NCBI GenBank assembly: GCA_964016885.1
Contig: OZ024741.1
Span: 321,346,001-321,410,000, forward strand
Reading direction: 5' to 3'
Length of the DNA stretch: 64,000 nucleotides
From: Eledone cirrhosa
Taxonomy: Eukaryota
The notes below the pieces were generated by a model, which made no database searches, was not told where the DNA came from, and saw only the letters and a list, made by a program, of their open reading frames with translations. This document shows, piece after piece, positions 40,262 through 54,973 of the stretch. The first letter of the stretch is position 1. Each line of letters starts with the position of its first letter. The translations under genes and the position numbers were made by a program.

Positions 40262-41444
40262 GTTGTCTCCCCTTCCCGCTTCGTGTCGCTATGATACTTC
40301 CTCAGTCAAAAACTGCTGGAATTTCAAATTTGGCGGTCATTCAAGGTGAGAGAGAGCAACTTTACGGACATGATTTTTGACAGCGGTAAGAAATTGTTTT
40401 CTTATATCGATGTTTAATGGGCTTCCACTGATGATTTATAAGTACCCACCTAAATATATTCTTACATGAATATATATTAGGCTTCTACATAAACTGGAAA
40501 CATTCTCCCAAACTTGTAGAAAACTTATAATGAAACAATTGTTTGGAAAGAGAGATATACTTTAACTTTAATTATATCTCATAAAATAATACAACTGGTT
40601 TTTCCACATTATACATATTGTTAGCACCCCAAACACTTAAATTGGGTTTATATTTTAATATAACCTAATGTTTGTTGAGTGAGATGGTTACCAGTCAGAG
40701 TTTAGCTTTAAACTATCTCTGCTATTGTATTAATTATATATATATGTATATGTGTGTATATAAGTACACATGTATGTATATGAGTGTGGGTGTCTACGTG
40801 TGCATGGATTTATACACGTGTGTGTGTGTGTGCGTGTGTACGTCTACGCCCCGGCCGACAACGCATTCCATCACTTGTGTGTGTACACACAGATATATGT
40901 TTATCCTACTTATATGCGTGTGTGTGTGTGTGTGTGTGCGCGTGCCAGTGTATGTGTGTGTGAGTGTGTGTATAGACCCATATACATATACTTTGTACAT
41001 GCATGGATGGGGACGAGTGTGTGTGTGTATCACATGCCCACGCCATGTTTCCACTAGTGTGTATGCTCACATGTGTATGTATATCCTACGTGTGTGTGTA
41101 TGCGTGTATATATATGTATATGCCTTTACATACACCCTGATCATTAACTCCTTATAACATGATCCCCCTTAACAATCTCCTATCACAACTATCACCCCAC
41201 CCTAAACACTGCACTCTTTCATCCAGTACCATAAACCGCACCACCATCACACCCACACCTCACCCAGAAAATCAGCCTCCAAAGTACACCCAAACTGTCT
41301 AGTGACAGTCAAAATGCCACCCACTTCAATCTACAATACAGACGAAAACATCCCTCAGAATTAACTCGCCAATCAAAACAAATTTCATTGAACATCAGAC
41401 TTTCTTGTACGCCATGTATAATCATTTTTTCATTGCCACTAAAA

Positions 41445-41540
41445 GCGTCTGACGAGCCGTGGATTACAGAGTCGTGTTAGATCGTTACAGATCGAACCTT
41501 GAGCTGATCGGTGGCGAAACGCGCGTCACCAATCAATAAA
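41445..41540 (+). ncRNA. Hammerhead-like motif with extended stem II, followed by AATAAA
   Basis: CTGACGA-gcc...ggc-GAAAC-gcgc-GTC; stem I is weak. Confidence 0.6.
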
Positions 41541-41577
41541 CGTAATGAAGGAGTAACCACTTGTCCTTGGTTTATTT

Positions 41578-41613
<36 letters not shown>

Positions 41614-41646
41614 GCACACACATCTATATATATATGTGTGTGTGTG

Positions 41647-42387
<741 letters not shown>

Positions 42388-42421
42388 TATAAATATACAT
42401 CTATATATATATATATATATA

Positions 42422-42624
42422 TAACGAAGGAAATGTGGTAAGGAAGCAGATGGACCATAACGCACCAAAATACTCAATACTTAGGGTAGTAGAGTGGGTG
42501 ATAGGAATGAGTAGGACCCCGACGGCTGAGCTCAAGCCGTTTCGACGGCTAATTCTGGACGCAGAGTCCAGAATTAGCCGTCGAAACGGCTTGAGCTCAG
42601 CCGTCGGGGTCCTACTCGTTCCTA
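42422..42624. mobile_element. Family A short PLE hairpin
   Basis: Tail plus arms 42501-42560 and 42566-42624. Confidence 0.85.
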
Positions 42625-42638
42625 TATATATATATACA

Positions 42639-42777
<139 letters not shown>

Positions 42778-43073
42778 TTATATATTTATATATATGTAAA
42801 TATATATGTATATGCATTATACATATTAAAAATGAATACCACATCATTAGCGTCAAGAGACAGTCTCTATATACACCTGTAAGTTCTTTCGGTCAGACAG
42901 TGCTACATATATAGTTACAATATACACACCTTAATTGCAATACACTGTCACTGCACGTGTTATTGCACTTGCTTAAGATCTAAATCATCACCTGCACCTT
43001 CCACTGCACATCGCACCTTCCACGTCTTCTAAGCTCCACTAATTACGTCACCACTGTGTAAATATATATATCC

Positions 43074-43119
<46 letters not shown>

Positions 43120-43137
43120 CCATATACATATATATAT

Positions 43138-43210
<73 letters not shown>

Positions 43211-43530
43211 CATGTATGCATTTCCATATTCATATACATATATATATGTGTTTGTGTGTGTTAGAATGTCTGTGTGTGTATAGTATTTATTACACCTTTT
43301 GCTGGTTGTCACGATGAAGGTGGGGGAGGGTGATATTGTTGTTCTGGTGGTGGTAGATTCGTCATCATGTTCGTTTCAGTTGTTGCTGTTCTTTTTCTTC
43401 TTCTTCTTGATATTTAGCACGAGTAAAATCTCAAAGCAGCTCTGATTATTCTGATGTTTTATTCAAACATAGGATGTTTTAGACATGCGACTACACTATT
43501 CAATGTTTTAAGGTGGTTACTTCTGGTTTT

Positions 43531-43569
<39 letters not shown>

Positions 43570-43629
43570 CATGTTCAGTTAGCCTTGTAGAAGGTTTTTC
43601 ATTGCCTTTAAACATACCTTCGGTGGAAA

Positions 43630-43722
43630 CATTCTATCTGACATTCTATCTCATGTTGAGTCAGTCAGTGTAGAAGTCCTACACTGACTGACTCAACATG
43701 AGATAGAATGTCAGATAGAATG
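43630..43722. repeat. Perfect 44-bp inverted repeat with 5-nt loop at the head of an old SINE
   Basis: cattctatctgac...gtgtag AAGTC ctacac...gtcagatagaatg. Confidence 0.9.
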
Positions 43723-43835
43723 CTTTGCTGTATTCGTTTCGTCTCTCTACACTCTGCGTTCGAATCCCACCAACATCAACTTTTCCTTTCGTCATTGCGG
43801 GGTTGATAATAGAAGTACCAGTCCAGTAATGCAGT

Positions 43836-43896
<61 letters not shown>

Positions 43897-44231
43897 GTAA
43901 GTATCAATCTTCACAGACGACAATCTGGTAAGGAAATCGAGAAAGTATCTAAGTATAAAGATATTAGAAACTCTAGTAATGATAAAATACACACAGATAC
44001 ATAAACAAAACTTCAGGACTGCCATATATATACAACATACATAAACTAGCATTACTATGTACCGCACAAATATTACGAAGAGTACTATCGATACAAGAGA
44101 AATAACATCAACAAAGTCATATGTATTAATTACCAATTATCTAACTACCAACAACATACTCTCTCTCTCTCTCTCTCGCTCTCTCTCTCTCTCACTCTCA
44201 CTCTCACTCTCACACTCTCTCACACACACTT

Positions 44232-44262
<31 letters not shown>

Positions 44263-44950
44263 GTCCCTCTCTCCTTCTTTGGATGAAATCAGCTGTGCTC
44301 AGATCTGGGTAGGTTTAAAATGTTAAATGTGTGTTAATACGTCATACGTCGCCCCTACGACTCAATCAAGAGTTAAGAGTCTATACATACATTAAGATAT
44401 TAAATAGCTTTGTGTATAGATTCTATCTTATTTGTCTGTGTACTTGGCTATTATATAACATAGTCATGTGAATATAGTGTTTCGGTTGATATTTTAAACA
44501 TTTAACAAACGTCGTAATGAGACACAAAATTACATTACGTATCATAGATTGAAAATAAACATTGTGAAAGCAATACATAAGCAATAATTTCATCAAACAT
44601 ATCGTTGATTTCACTAAAGATTTCACATTCGTTTTTAATTATTAGAAACGCACTTTAATCGATAATTCTGGCTGCTTTTAACTGATTTATTATCGCATTC
44701 ATTGATCTGAGAGAGAAAATATGTCTGTGATATGAGAACTGGCATATGTCAGCTTACTATACACTGAATCAAGAACTTTTATTATAGTTTCCGTATTAAA
44801 TATTATTATAAATCTACTTTATCATAAATGTTCTTAACTCGGCGTGCCTTTACTCGACATTCCGGCCGTTGTATCCGCCAGATGCAAATTATGGAATTAG
44901 AGTTTTTCCATTCCGTTGTCAATACCGAATGTTTCACTTGTTCCGATTGA

Positions 44951-45324
44951 AATTAAATATGTACATACATTAGTCCATACATGGAACTTCCAATTATATT
45001 TACTAAGCTACTATCTCGTAGGACAAAGTTCGATCACCAGCAGCAGAGTTCAAAGAGCAAATATCAAGTCCAGTCCATAAGTTGACATTATCAAGCCATC
45101 GTTTTGGCTGCCGGCCTCTGCTTCTCTTACCAGCCAACCTTCCTTTCAGGCATAACCTACTCACACCACGAGCACCATATTGGAGTCTTTAAAATCATTT
45201 AGCTTAAAAACATAAACAAATTTTTAGAATCTAATTTCTGTTATATAGTTGTCCTACGAGATAGTAGCTTAGTAAATATAATTGGTAGTTTCATCTATGG
45301 ACTAATGTATGTACATATTTAATT
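44951..45324. mobile_element. MITE-like element with ~76-bp terminal inverted repeats
   Basis: 44951-45026 is inverted at 45249-45324. Confidence 0.7.
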
Positions 45325-45399
45325 ACATATTTAGTATTCTTTTGAGTCGCAGCTTATAAGTTTTTTCTTTATCACCATGGGCGATACTTTTCTTCACGT

Positions 45400-45570
45400 T
45401 CGGTAGAGGGTCGGACGCCATGCTTTGACGCATAGAGTTACGGCCCTTGCCATTCTGAGTTCAAATCCCGCCAAGGTTAACTTTGCCTTTCATCCTTACG
45501 GGGTCGATAAAATAAAGTACCAGTAATACACTGGGTAATTGCTGGCCCTGTGCCAAAAGTAGAAACAGTT
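45400..45570 (+). mobile_element. Meta-core SINE
   Basis: B-box and core as in the other copies. Confidence 0.85.
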
Positions 45571-45889
45571 ATATGTGACCAAAATGCTGGTGTTTTCACT
45601 CATTACAGCAAATCGAATTGCTGTAATTTATTTTCTACAAACATTTCTAGATTAACATTGACCAATGCAGTTAGATCACCACCAGTTTCTTTGGACACCG
45701 TATCTCATGACTACAAAATATATTGAGATTAAACAGAAAAAAATCGATGACATTGATTCTGGTTGTTAAGTTTTAGTCGAAACAAAATATATAAATAGAC
45801 ATGACAAAGAAATAAAAGTGGCAATTCAAAACGTCTTAGAGAATGACATTACATGCCGATTCCCGCAGGTAAATCGCACTTTTATTATT

Positions 45890-46182
45890 TCATACCGTTT
45901 CTTTGTTAATATATACTTTATTCTGTGTAAAAAAATATATCATGAAAATACAATTTAATAGAAAAAAGAAAAAGGAAAATGAGAAGAAAGAATAGAATGT
46001 AAAATAAGAAAATATTTTTTTTTTAAAACGGATAAGGAAGAGAATGGTAAGGGCTCTAGTGTCACAGAGGAATGGGGGAGGGGGATTGAGCTCTGGGCCT
46101 AGGACGCGGCAGTAATGGGGTGCGCCCCGTGGATGAGACCGCAAAAGCATTCTCACGGACAATGGCCAGCGACACCCGCTGA
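45890..46182 (-). mobile_element. CRE element extreme 3' end and UTR
   Basis: QRVSLAIVRENAF terminus; the UTR is shared with 47551-47865. Confidence 0.65.
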
Positions 46183-46918
46183 AGGTTTAAATATAGATGT
46201 ATTTTGCTGCTGCTGTTGTTGTTTAGTTCCAGATCAACCCTAATTGAGCAGATCGATGTTCAAAAATGCATTCCAACCGTGACCATCACGTTTTTACTAT
46301 GTACATTGAATCTAGAACTACATTATCTAACGTTAACGTATCATTTTTTAGGATGGTGGTGCATAATTCGATTAAAATTTGGCTATTATTCTTAGTGGGT
46401 CAAGTTACAACGTAGGAGCTCATTCGTTGACTTTATGATTGAAGAGATGAGAACTTACGCTGTGTGTAGGTGCGGCGATAAAGTGAGATTGAATTTAATT
46501 AGCAGACTAGTTAGAAGGGGTGGAGTAGAGGAAGTAGAAGGTGGTCGTGGGGGAGGGAATTGTTGGAGGCTTACATGGGACGGATTAACCGACTTGGCAG
46601 AGAGTAATGGTAGCACATGTATGTGTGTATAAATGTGCGTGCGTGCGTGTGTATGTGTCCGTGCGTTCGTGTGTGCGAGATAGAGTGTATGTGTGCATGT
46701 GTACGTGCATACGAGAGGGTGTGAATATATATTTGTGTACTATGCGTATGAGAGTGTGAGCGTGTTTATGTGGATATGAGAATGTGTGTGTGCGTGTGTG
46801 CGTGTATGTGTGTGTGTCTGTGTGTGTGTGTGTGTGTGTGTAAGCGTGTATGTATGCGTGTATGTGTATGTGCGTGCGTGCGTGTGTGTGTGTGTGTGTA
46901 TGCGTGCGTGCGTGCGTG

Positions 46919-47038
<120 letters not shown>

Positions 47039-47550
47039 GGGAGAGACAGGGAAAGAATATGTAATGACAAGGACATGAGTGAAATAAGGTCAGCAGTAAT
47101 TGGCAACATACATTGTTTTGGCCTGGGAAACACTGCTGTAAGGGGAGAGAGAGAGATGATAAGAAGGAACGGAGTGGTTAGGAGATAAGGCCCGAAATCG
47201 GTCGACAGACAGTTATTAACAACAGTTGTTAACTGACATTAATACCTGTTTGCCTGAATAATAGCTAATATAATTAAGGCTATAAAGGACGACAGGTATG
47301 ACATACAGTGAACAGGACCTCATCCATGATTAGTATAATCGAGACCTTTCAAAACTCTATTAAAAGGTTCATAGGGCGAGACAGTGACTATAAATAGTCT
47401 GGTTTAAATTTATATGAATCAAATATTTAACAGCCACGCTAAACCATCACCAGTTATTGTAAATGGAAAGACCATCGAGGAAGTAAACAGTTATGTGTAC
47501 CTCAAAAAGATTGCAAGAGATGGTACCCTACTTCCGGAGGTCAGAAGAAT

Positions 47551-47865
47551 GATAGATGAGAAGCCTTGTAAGAGAGATTTTTTGGTATATAATAAATTAC
47601 GAAAGTATTTGTGTTTATTTACAGCTGTAAGTTGATGTTTGTAATAGTAAAAAACAATATAATAGATAAAGAGAAAAATAGATTGAGAAGAATGGAATGT
47701 AAAATAAGAAAATATTTTTAAAAAACGGAGAAGGAAGAGAAAGGCAAGGGCTCTAGAATAATGGGGAGGTGACGGGGGAGGGTGATGGGCTCTGGGCTCT
47801 GGGCCTAGGGCGCGGCGTTCACCTCCTTGCGTTCTGCCGTCAACGCCAGTGACGACACTACTGCC
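47551..47865 (-). mobile_element. CRE-type 3' UTR copy
   Basis: ctagagccctt..c.ttct...cctt.tccgtttt..aaaaatattttcttattttacattc is shared with 45990-46060. Confidence 0.6.
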
Positions 47866-48535
47866 AAGCTGTATCGGTCCTTCTCTTTCCTTTGGATAAC
47901 ATCGGTGATGCAGAGAGGGGAGGCTTGCATGCATGGTCATCTGCTGGTCTTCCGTAAAAACAGCTTACCTGGGCCTGCGCCTTGAAGAAGAAATTCTCAG
48001 ATATATTTCTATGGACTCACAAGACATAGAGAGATTGAAGGAGAATGTAATTATTTATACGGAGATTTAAGGAGAATGTAATTATTATTTATAAACATTC
48101 TCGTACATAAAAACAAGGGAGAGGTTCTAAATCCAAACCAGCAGTACCAGTAGAAACTCTATGGTTGTTTTCAAAAATATATGATTGTTAAAAGTGTATT
48201 GAGAGCAATGAGATACATAATTTCTTTTGAAATTATGTATGATAGATAGAAAAAGAGAGAGAGGGAGAGAGCAGCGGGGAGAGAGAAATAGATAAATTTC
48301 TTTATTAGCCACAAGGGCACAAAAGAAGGGGACAAATACAAATGGGGAGTTTACATACAGGTATATGAAAATAAAACTATTAATACAATAACAAATAACA
48401 ATTGAAATCTCCAATAGGGGGGAGGTGTTACACAGGGGTTGTACACACCCCGAAAAAATGTACAACCCTCATCTCCAGGAGCACCAAGAGTGAGTACTCC
48501 CTTCCTCTCTTCCTCTTTTTCCTCAACCTACAGGC

Positions 48536-51500
48536 TTATATAGAGAGAAGGCCAACCACTCGGGCCATCTTTGCCACATTCACCCACCTTTTTAAAAATT
48601 TGCTGAGGTACAGCACTTCTCTCTCCATCCTGATTCTTCTTCCAAAATGATATTTGACAATACGAATCAGTTGCTCACCGGAGAGAAAGGTGTCTGACCC
48701 CAGCCCTTTTCACCTCGTCCACCATATAACCTATTTCACCATAGCCATAACACATAGGAAAACCGCCTCTCCCTCGTTTTTGAAGGAGGGTGGCGGTTTG
48801 ATCATGACAATGGACTCGGTGGTCAACTGGATTGGTCCCACCCACGACAATAGTCGTTCTACATAGCCCCACAGGTCGGTAACGCCCGGGCAGTGTACAA
48901 ATGCGTGCGTGGCGGTTTCCTCGTCGCGCAAGCATCTCGGACAGATCTTTTTCGAAGGGTCCCTACCCGGGCGCCCGTGTCTGCAGAGCTTGTCTCGAAG
49001 TGGTAGAGCTCCTCAGTAGCACTGCCAGGCCAGGGACTTTTGGAAGTTGTCCATTGGTCCCGGGAGGAAGGTCCTACCGAACAGACTGGCCAGTTCATCC
49101 TCCTCTACACCTAGAGTTTCTCCGAGCGTGTCGTCGCACTTGCTGCGGACCAACCCTCTATAGAATGTCGAAGTGGAGTCTCCACTGATCGCCGGGTCCG
49201 TTTGCCAGAGGACTGTGAGCGCCTGAGCACATTCGATATGCTAGTCGCCCATTTTCCTCGGTCTTTGCTTGACCCAAGTCTGCAGCTCGGTCAGCGAGAC
49301 GAGTCGTGGGAAGGCTCGCCTCACGAACGGGGCCCACACCGGTTGTCTGGTGAGGAATACGTGGAGGTGCCGCAGCCTGAGCGCGTGTTTGCGCATCGTC
49401 AGCCACGGCAACCCCAGCCCTCCGTTTGAAGGGTGTTGGCAGAAGATGGATCTTCTCACCAAAGGAGCCCGTTTCTTCCAAAGGAATTGGAAGAGCGCGC
49501 GCTCCATTTTGGTGAGCGTTTTGGCTGGACAAGGCACAACGGTCAAGCGGTAGTAGATGACGGACGCTATAAAAGTGTTCGCCACCTCCGCTCGACCTTT
49601 CAAGGATAGTTTGCACTCGGCCCACTTCTGGGTGAGCGCAAACACCTTGGCCGTCACCTCGTTTCAGTTCTTCTCCACCTGGAGGTCAAGACCAAACCAG
49701 ACCCCGAACAGCTTTACCGGTCCTTCCGTCTAGCGTCCGACGACGTCATCGGAAGGCATCGGATTGCCTCTCCACGTTCCGAGTTGCAAACCGACGGATT
49801 TGTCCCGGTTCAGCTTCGCTCCTGTGAACCTTTCGTATTCCTCCAGTAAAGTGCCGATCTCCCCGATTTGCGAGGTGCTCGATACCATTACTGTCACGTC
49901 GTCGGCGTAGGCCGACGCCGCTTTTCGCAGTCTCGGTTCCAAAGGGATGCCATGCAATAGCTCCAACTTCCGCGGTAGTGGCTCGAGAGTCAGTACGTAC
50001 AGAAGGGAGGAGAGAGGGCATCCCTGTCGAATGGATCGCGTGATATGGAACGGCTCCGAGAGATAGCCGTTCACCTTAACCCTTGAGCAGATGTTGCTGT
50101 TATGCATTGCAGCAATCCAGCCCCTGAACACGGGTCCGAAGCCTGCCGCCTCGAGCACCGCATCCAGGTAACGATGGTCAACCCTATCGAAAGCCTTAGA
50201 CTGATCCAAGTTGATCAGGGCCCCACCGAAGCCGGGTTTACATCCTACCCTCTCTATGATGTATCGCATGAGGTGGAGGTTGTCGTGTATGGACCTGATC
50301 GGGATTGCGCATGTCTGCGCTTCTCCCACCAGGTTCTCGACGACAAGCGCCAGCCTCTTTGCCAACACCTTGGCCAAAATCTGTAACTCTGTGTTTTAGC
50401 AGAGTTATGGGCCGGAAGCTGCCTATGTCATCCCCCTTATTCTCGTCCTTCCTGACTAGTGTGACTACGCCTCCGGTCACAGAACTGGGAATTCTCCCGT
50501 TCTGTTGCCAGTTGCAGTAGACCGCTTCCAGGATACCGGAGAATAAGTACGGCATTGCTACGTAAAATTCGTAGGGTAGACCGCCAAGACCTGGAGATTT
50601 GCGTTTGCCGCATTGGCTCAACGCGTCCCCTATCTCAACGGCTGAAATCGGATTTTCGCAGAATTTTGCCTCGCTGACCGAGAGTCGTGGTAGGCCGTCG
50701 AGGTATGGACCGAAATCCATAGCCCCTCCCGGCGCGCTGCCCTGCCCGAACAGCTGAGCAAAGTGCGGCTGAAAGGCCGCACACATCTGCTTCGGCTCAC
50801 GTATCACGCGTCTGTTTTGGTCCTTCAAAGACCGAATCGTGGACTTGTTGCCACTTTTTGCCTCCGTCACTCGGGCCCAGCTAACAGCTTTGGCTCCCTC
50901 GTTTCCCAGAGCACGTATTTTGCTTCTGACAACGCAGCCCTCATGCTTTGCGTGGAAGAACTGGTCCAAGGCCGTTCTCGTTGCTAGCACGCTGGCTACG
51001 TTGCCACTTCTAATTGCCTCTTCTACTTTATCTACCAGTTCTTTCTCGGTTCTATTTCTATCTAACGCTAATTCTTTACTAAAAACTAACGAGTCTAATC
51101 TAACTGCCTTCTTGAGAGAGTACTACCATCTGTTGTTGACAATGGCCCCTGTCAAGTGCTGTTTAACTAAAGTGCTAATCCGTCTACTGTAGGCTTTGCA
51201 TGTCGGTAACGACAAGTTCAGCTTCCAGTAGCCGGGTCCTTGTCTATGGGTTCTATCAAGGTTGACCATGCAGGTCACTAGTTTGTGATCTGAATAGGCA
51301 ATCATGAACATTTGTGGACAGCTTAACATGTCCCTATCCTTATTTCTAACTAGAACCCTATCTAGGTACGATCTAGATGTTCCGCTAAGATTAGTCCATG
51401 TCCACAGTGGCACAGTCGGAAAATCTAGTCGATATCTATCGGCCAGATCAAATCGGCTGATTAACTGTTTGAGGATGTTACACCCCACTTTATCGGGACA

Positions 51501-51962
51501 TGCTCCCACATAGTCCCAACGTGCATCTAGGAGTCCATTCCAGTTCCCCACTAAAAGCAAGAAGCGAGACGTTCCCAGAAAAGTTTCTAGACGTTTGAAG
51601 AAGTCTGGCCGCGGTGTCCCGGATGGGGCATATGCGGCCACCAGCCTGAAGGCTCCACCTTCACTACCGTCAACGTCTAGACCACCAGTCGACCCTCCGG
51701 GTCCAGATGTACCGTCTGTGTTACGAGGCCCAGGTATTTCCGCAGCAAAACGGCAACCCCGCCCACCCCCCGGCTGACAGAGAGATGCGTAGATCTCAAA
51801 GTCATCGAAGATGGGGGCCAGCTGTCACTCGCTGTGGATCCTGGACTCGCAAATGGCTACTACATCCATACTGTGCGACCTGAGGTCGTTTAAGAGTTTG
51901 CCCTGTTTCCAGGGCATCCCCAGGCCGCGTACATTCACACACCCAACTCTTATATTGGCCAT
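48536..51962 (-). pseudogene. Tx1 ORF2 (APE endonuclease + RT), several frameshifts and stops
   Basis: NVRGL, YAP, SYLDR, SDH, GYWKLN, KSPGLGG, FRPITLL, LDQSKAFDRV, IRQGCPLS, AYADD, ETATHAFVHC. Confidence 0.92.
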
Positions 51963-51999
51963 GTTGGTTCTGAAAAGTTAAAAGAGGAGAAGAAAACAC

Positions 52000-53620
52000 T
52001 CACCTCTTCGTCTCCCGGGGATCAGGCCGCACGGTTTCCATGGGGGTGATAGAGGAGTTGTCTGGGTGGGTGGTGGTTTCCGGCTGGGTTGGGATGGAGA
52101 TGTTTGGTGGGGTGGGGGTGTCTGGGGTGAGGGTGGGGAAACTTTTTAAAAGGACGCGTTTAATGGGTTTAACACAAGGATTACCCACGTCCTTAGGAAA
52201 GTTTTCCTTTAAAGACTTATAGGTGTCCGTAGGGACCCTAATCATCTTTAAATTAGGTTTGTCTACACAGTTCGAAAAAGTTTTCCCTTCGGTTTTCACT
52301 GAAGGGTCGTTGGAGATGACCTCCATTAAAGTTTTGTTTTTACTGTTTATGTATGTGTAATGTTCTTGTTGTGTTGCGGTGGTTTTTGTCTGTTGTTCTT
52401 GTTGGAGCTTTCGTTTTGTTGTAGGTGTTTGTGTTTGGAGTGATGTCGTGGTTTTGTTTTCGGGACGGGGGGTTTTTGTTTGTAATGTTTGTGTTGTTTG
52501 TGTTGGTGGTTGTATGTTTGTAGTGATGTTTGTTGTTTTTTTGTTCTTGTGGTGTCTTTTCTTCTTTCTTTTCGAACGGAGAGACTCTCCCTCATCATCA
52601 CTTGGTGATGATGTGGGGGCCTCGTCCGTTGTGGTGTCTGTGTTATTTGGAAGGGGTATGTTTTGGGGAGCTGTTGTGTTTGTGGGTGTTTTTGCAGTGG
52701 CTTTAGGTGGAGTAGGGTTGGGTGGGACTGTGCTTGCAGGTTGGTTTGTTGTTCTTGTTTTGGTTGTGTTTGCGTGTTGTTGTTGTTGTTGTGGTGGTGG
52801 TTATGTTGTTGTTTTGGGTGTTGGCAGTAGTGCCTCTTTTTTTTTTAGTTAACTGAGGACAGTAAGCCTTCAGGTGACCACTGCTTAAACAGTGGTAACA
52901 TGAAGGCCGCCTACCCTCAACAGAAATGTTTATGTGTGAAATTCCATCCAGAGGCACATGTTGGGGTATTTTACCTATCCGTTCTGGCCTCATTTGGACC
53001 AGAACTTCCATGCTTGTACCATTGAATGTGCCTCTGGAGGACTTTCCCACCGAAATGATGGCGTCTTCGTCGAAATCTATGAAGCCAGTTAGAATCCACC
53101 AGACGTTTACATTTGGTGCAATGTTCAAAATTTTTATTTTTTGAGTTCTTTTTCCCATATATGTGGGGAAAAAGGTGTAAAGGGGGGACACAATCGGTGA
53201 TACAGAATATTTTTGTGCTGTCAATTGGTCTTTCAACAACACCGAAATGCTTCCAAAAAGTTTCCCTTTTTGGATGAAGGCAATATCCTTCATGGAATTC
53301 TTCAGAACCAGTTCAATATCGTTTTTGGATAACTGAACTGGTTTTTTCGACACATTTGAAACCGTCCTAAAAATTACTGTTTTTAAAACAGTTTCTCTGC
53401 GTAACTGTTGAGGAGAAGTGATGCTGAAAGCACCACTCTCACCAAAAGTTACGTACTGTTTTGCATCGCTTAACATTTCCCTAGCATTGGAAATGTCAAG
53501 GTATGTGAACAGTTCCGTCTTTTGGACGGTTTGAGCAAAAGAAATCTTTTCCTTGTTCGTGGAGTTGTTCGTGTTGCTGTTGTTGTTGGTGGTGTTGTTG
53601 TTATCATTGCTGGTGTTGTT
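52000..53620 (-). pseudogene. Tx1 ORF1 (gag-like, CYHCLSSGHLKAYC), frameshifted
   Basis: ORF pieces 52703-53692, about 52330-52850 and 52000-52326. A break occurs at the homopolymer near 52840. Confidence 0.8.
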
Positions 53621-53896
53621 GATAGATAGATAGATAGATATGCAAAGTAAATTCGTTGTAGAAAGAATAAGAAAAGTAAAGTATAAAAACATAGAATGAA
53701 CTATATTCTATAAACTGGTTAGTGTCTAAAAATATTTCCATCTTATTTTGCCAGACACAAATACTAAAATAAAACAACATAGCTAAACCCCGAAACAAAC
53801 AAAGCATCATATTTTTTTAATAATCTCCATCAAACGTCTTAATATTTAAAAAAGCGGCTTGTTAACAAAGTCAGGTCATTTCTTTATATATATATA

Positions 53897-54091
53897 CGAG
53901 AATCGGCTGAAAACTTCTGAGACTGACCAAGATACTCTCATGGAATGACCAAATGAGGTTTATTTTTCAAAATAGTCCCTCGAAAAAAACAATGCAGTTA
54001 TTAATAATAAGATTTGAAATTAATACATGCAAGATTTCACAGCTCTAGCATTACTCCTTAGTCAGCCTAGGAACTTTTCAGTCGATCATTG
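53897..54091. mobile_element. Tc1/mariner-like MITE
   Basis: TA flanks and imperfect ~35-bp TIRs: cgagaatcggctgaaaacttc and gaacttttcagtcgatcattg. Confidence 0.65.
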
Positions 54092-54543
54092 TATGTATAC
54101 CGCCATGTGTGCAGCTGTGTTTTTGTGGGTATGTTAATTCCATGAAAGTCAAATCGAGGATCTTTGGCATGTTTTACAAATATTCATTGTACCACTACAC
54201 CCACTCATGTGCTAAAGAAACAAGCATTCACATTACATAAGAACAAGTATATCTACATATATCTACGCATAAAACCTACATATAAAGCCTACGCATAAAC
54301 ACAAATTCACATGTTCATAAATCTTTGAACTTATCTTGAAGTAAATAAAAAAGCTTTGTGACTTTGTTAGTGACCTACATGAATTCTGCGCAGAACTAAC
54401 ATATATCTCAAAGGAAATATGCATACATATACACACAGTACAAACATATGCGTACATACATACATACAAAAACATAAATAACAAAAACTTAAAAATAAAT
54501 AAATTCATAGATGTATACTTACATACATTCGTACGTGTATACA

Positions 54544-54669
<126 letters not shown>

Positions 54670-54932
54670 TATATACATACATCTATGCATACATGTATAC
54701 ATACATGCATACATACATACATGCATGAATCCATAGATATATATATATATGATATATATATATGTAACATTGAGGACCGAATAAATTAAATTAACCGATA
54801 TAAAAGACACAGAAGCGAAAACCAACCAAACAGTGAGTGTGTTCTGTTATTAATTCTGGCAATATTATTACACAAATATGACCCTCCCCAAGTATAACAA
54901 TCAATATTTATATTTATATTTATATTTATATT

Positions 54933-54970
<38 letters not shown>

Positions 54971-54973
<3 letters not shown>

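Larger units (their letters stand above)
48290..53620 (-). mobile_element. Near full-length L1/Tx1-type non-LTR retrotransposon
   Basis: ORF1 with CCHC knuckle, ORF2 with APE-RT-Cys domain, and AATAAA at about 48301-48306. Flanks are TATC/TC-rich. Confidence 0.92.
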
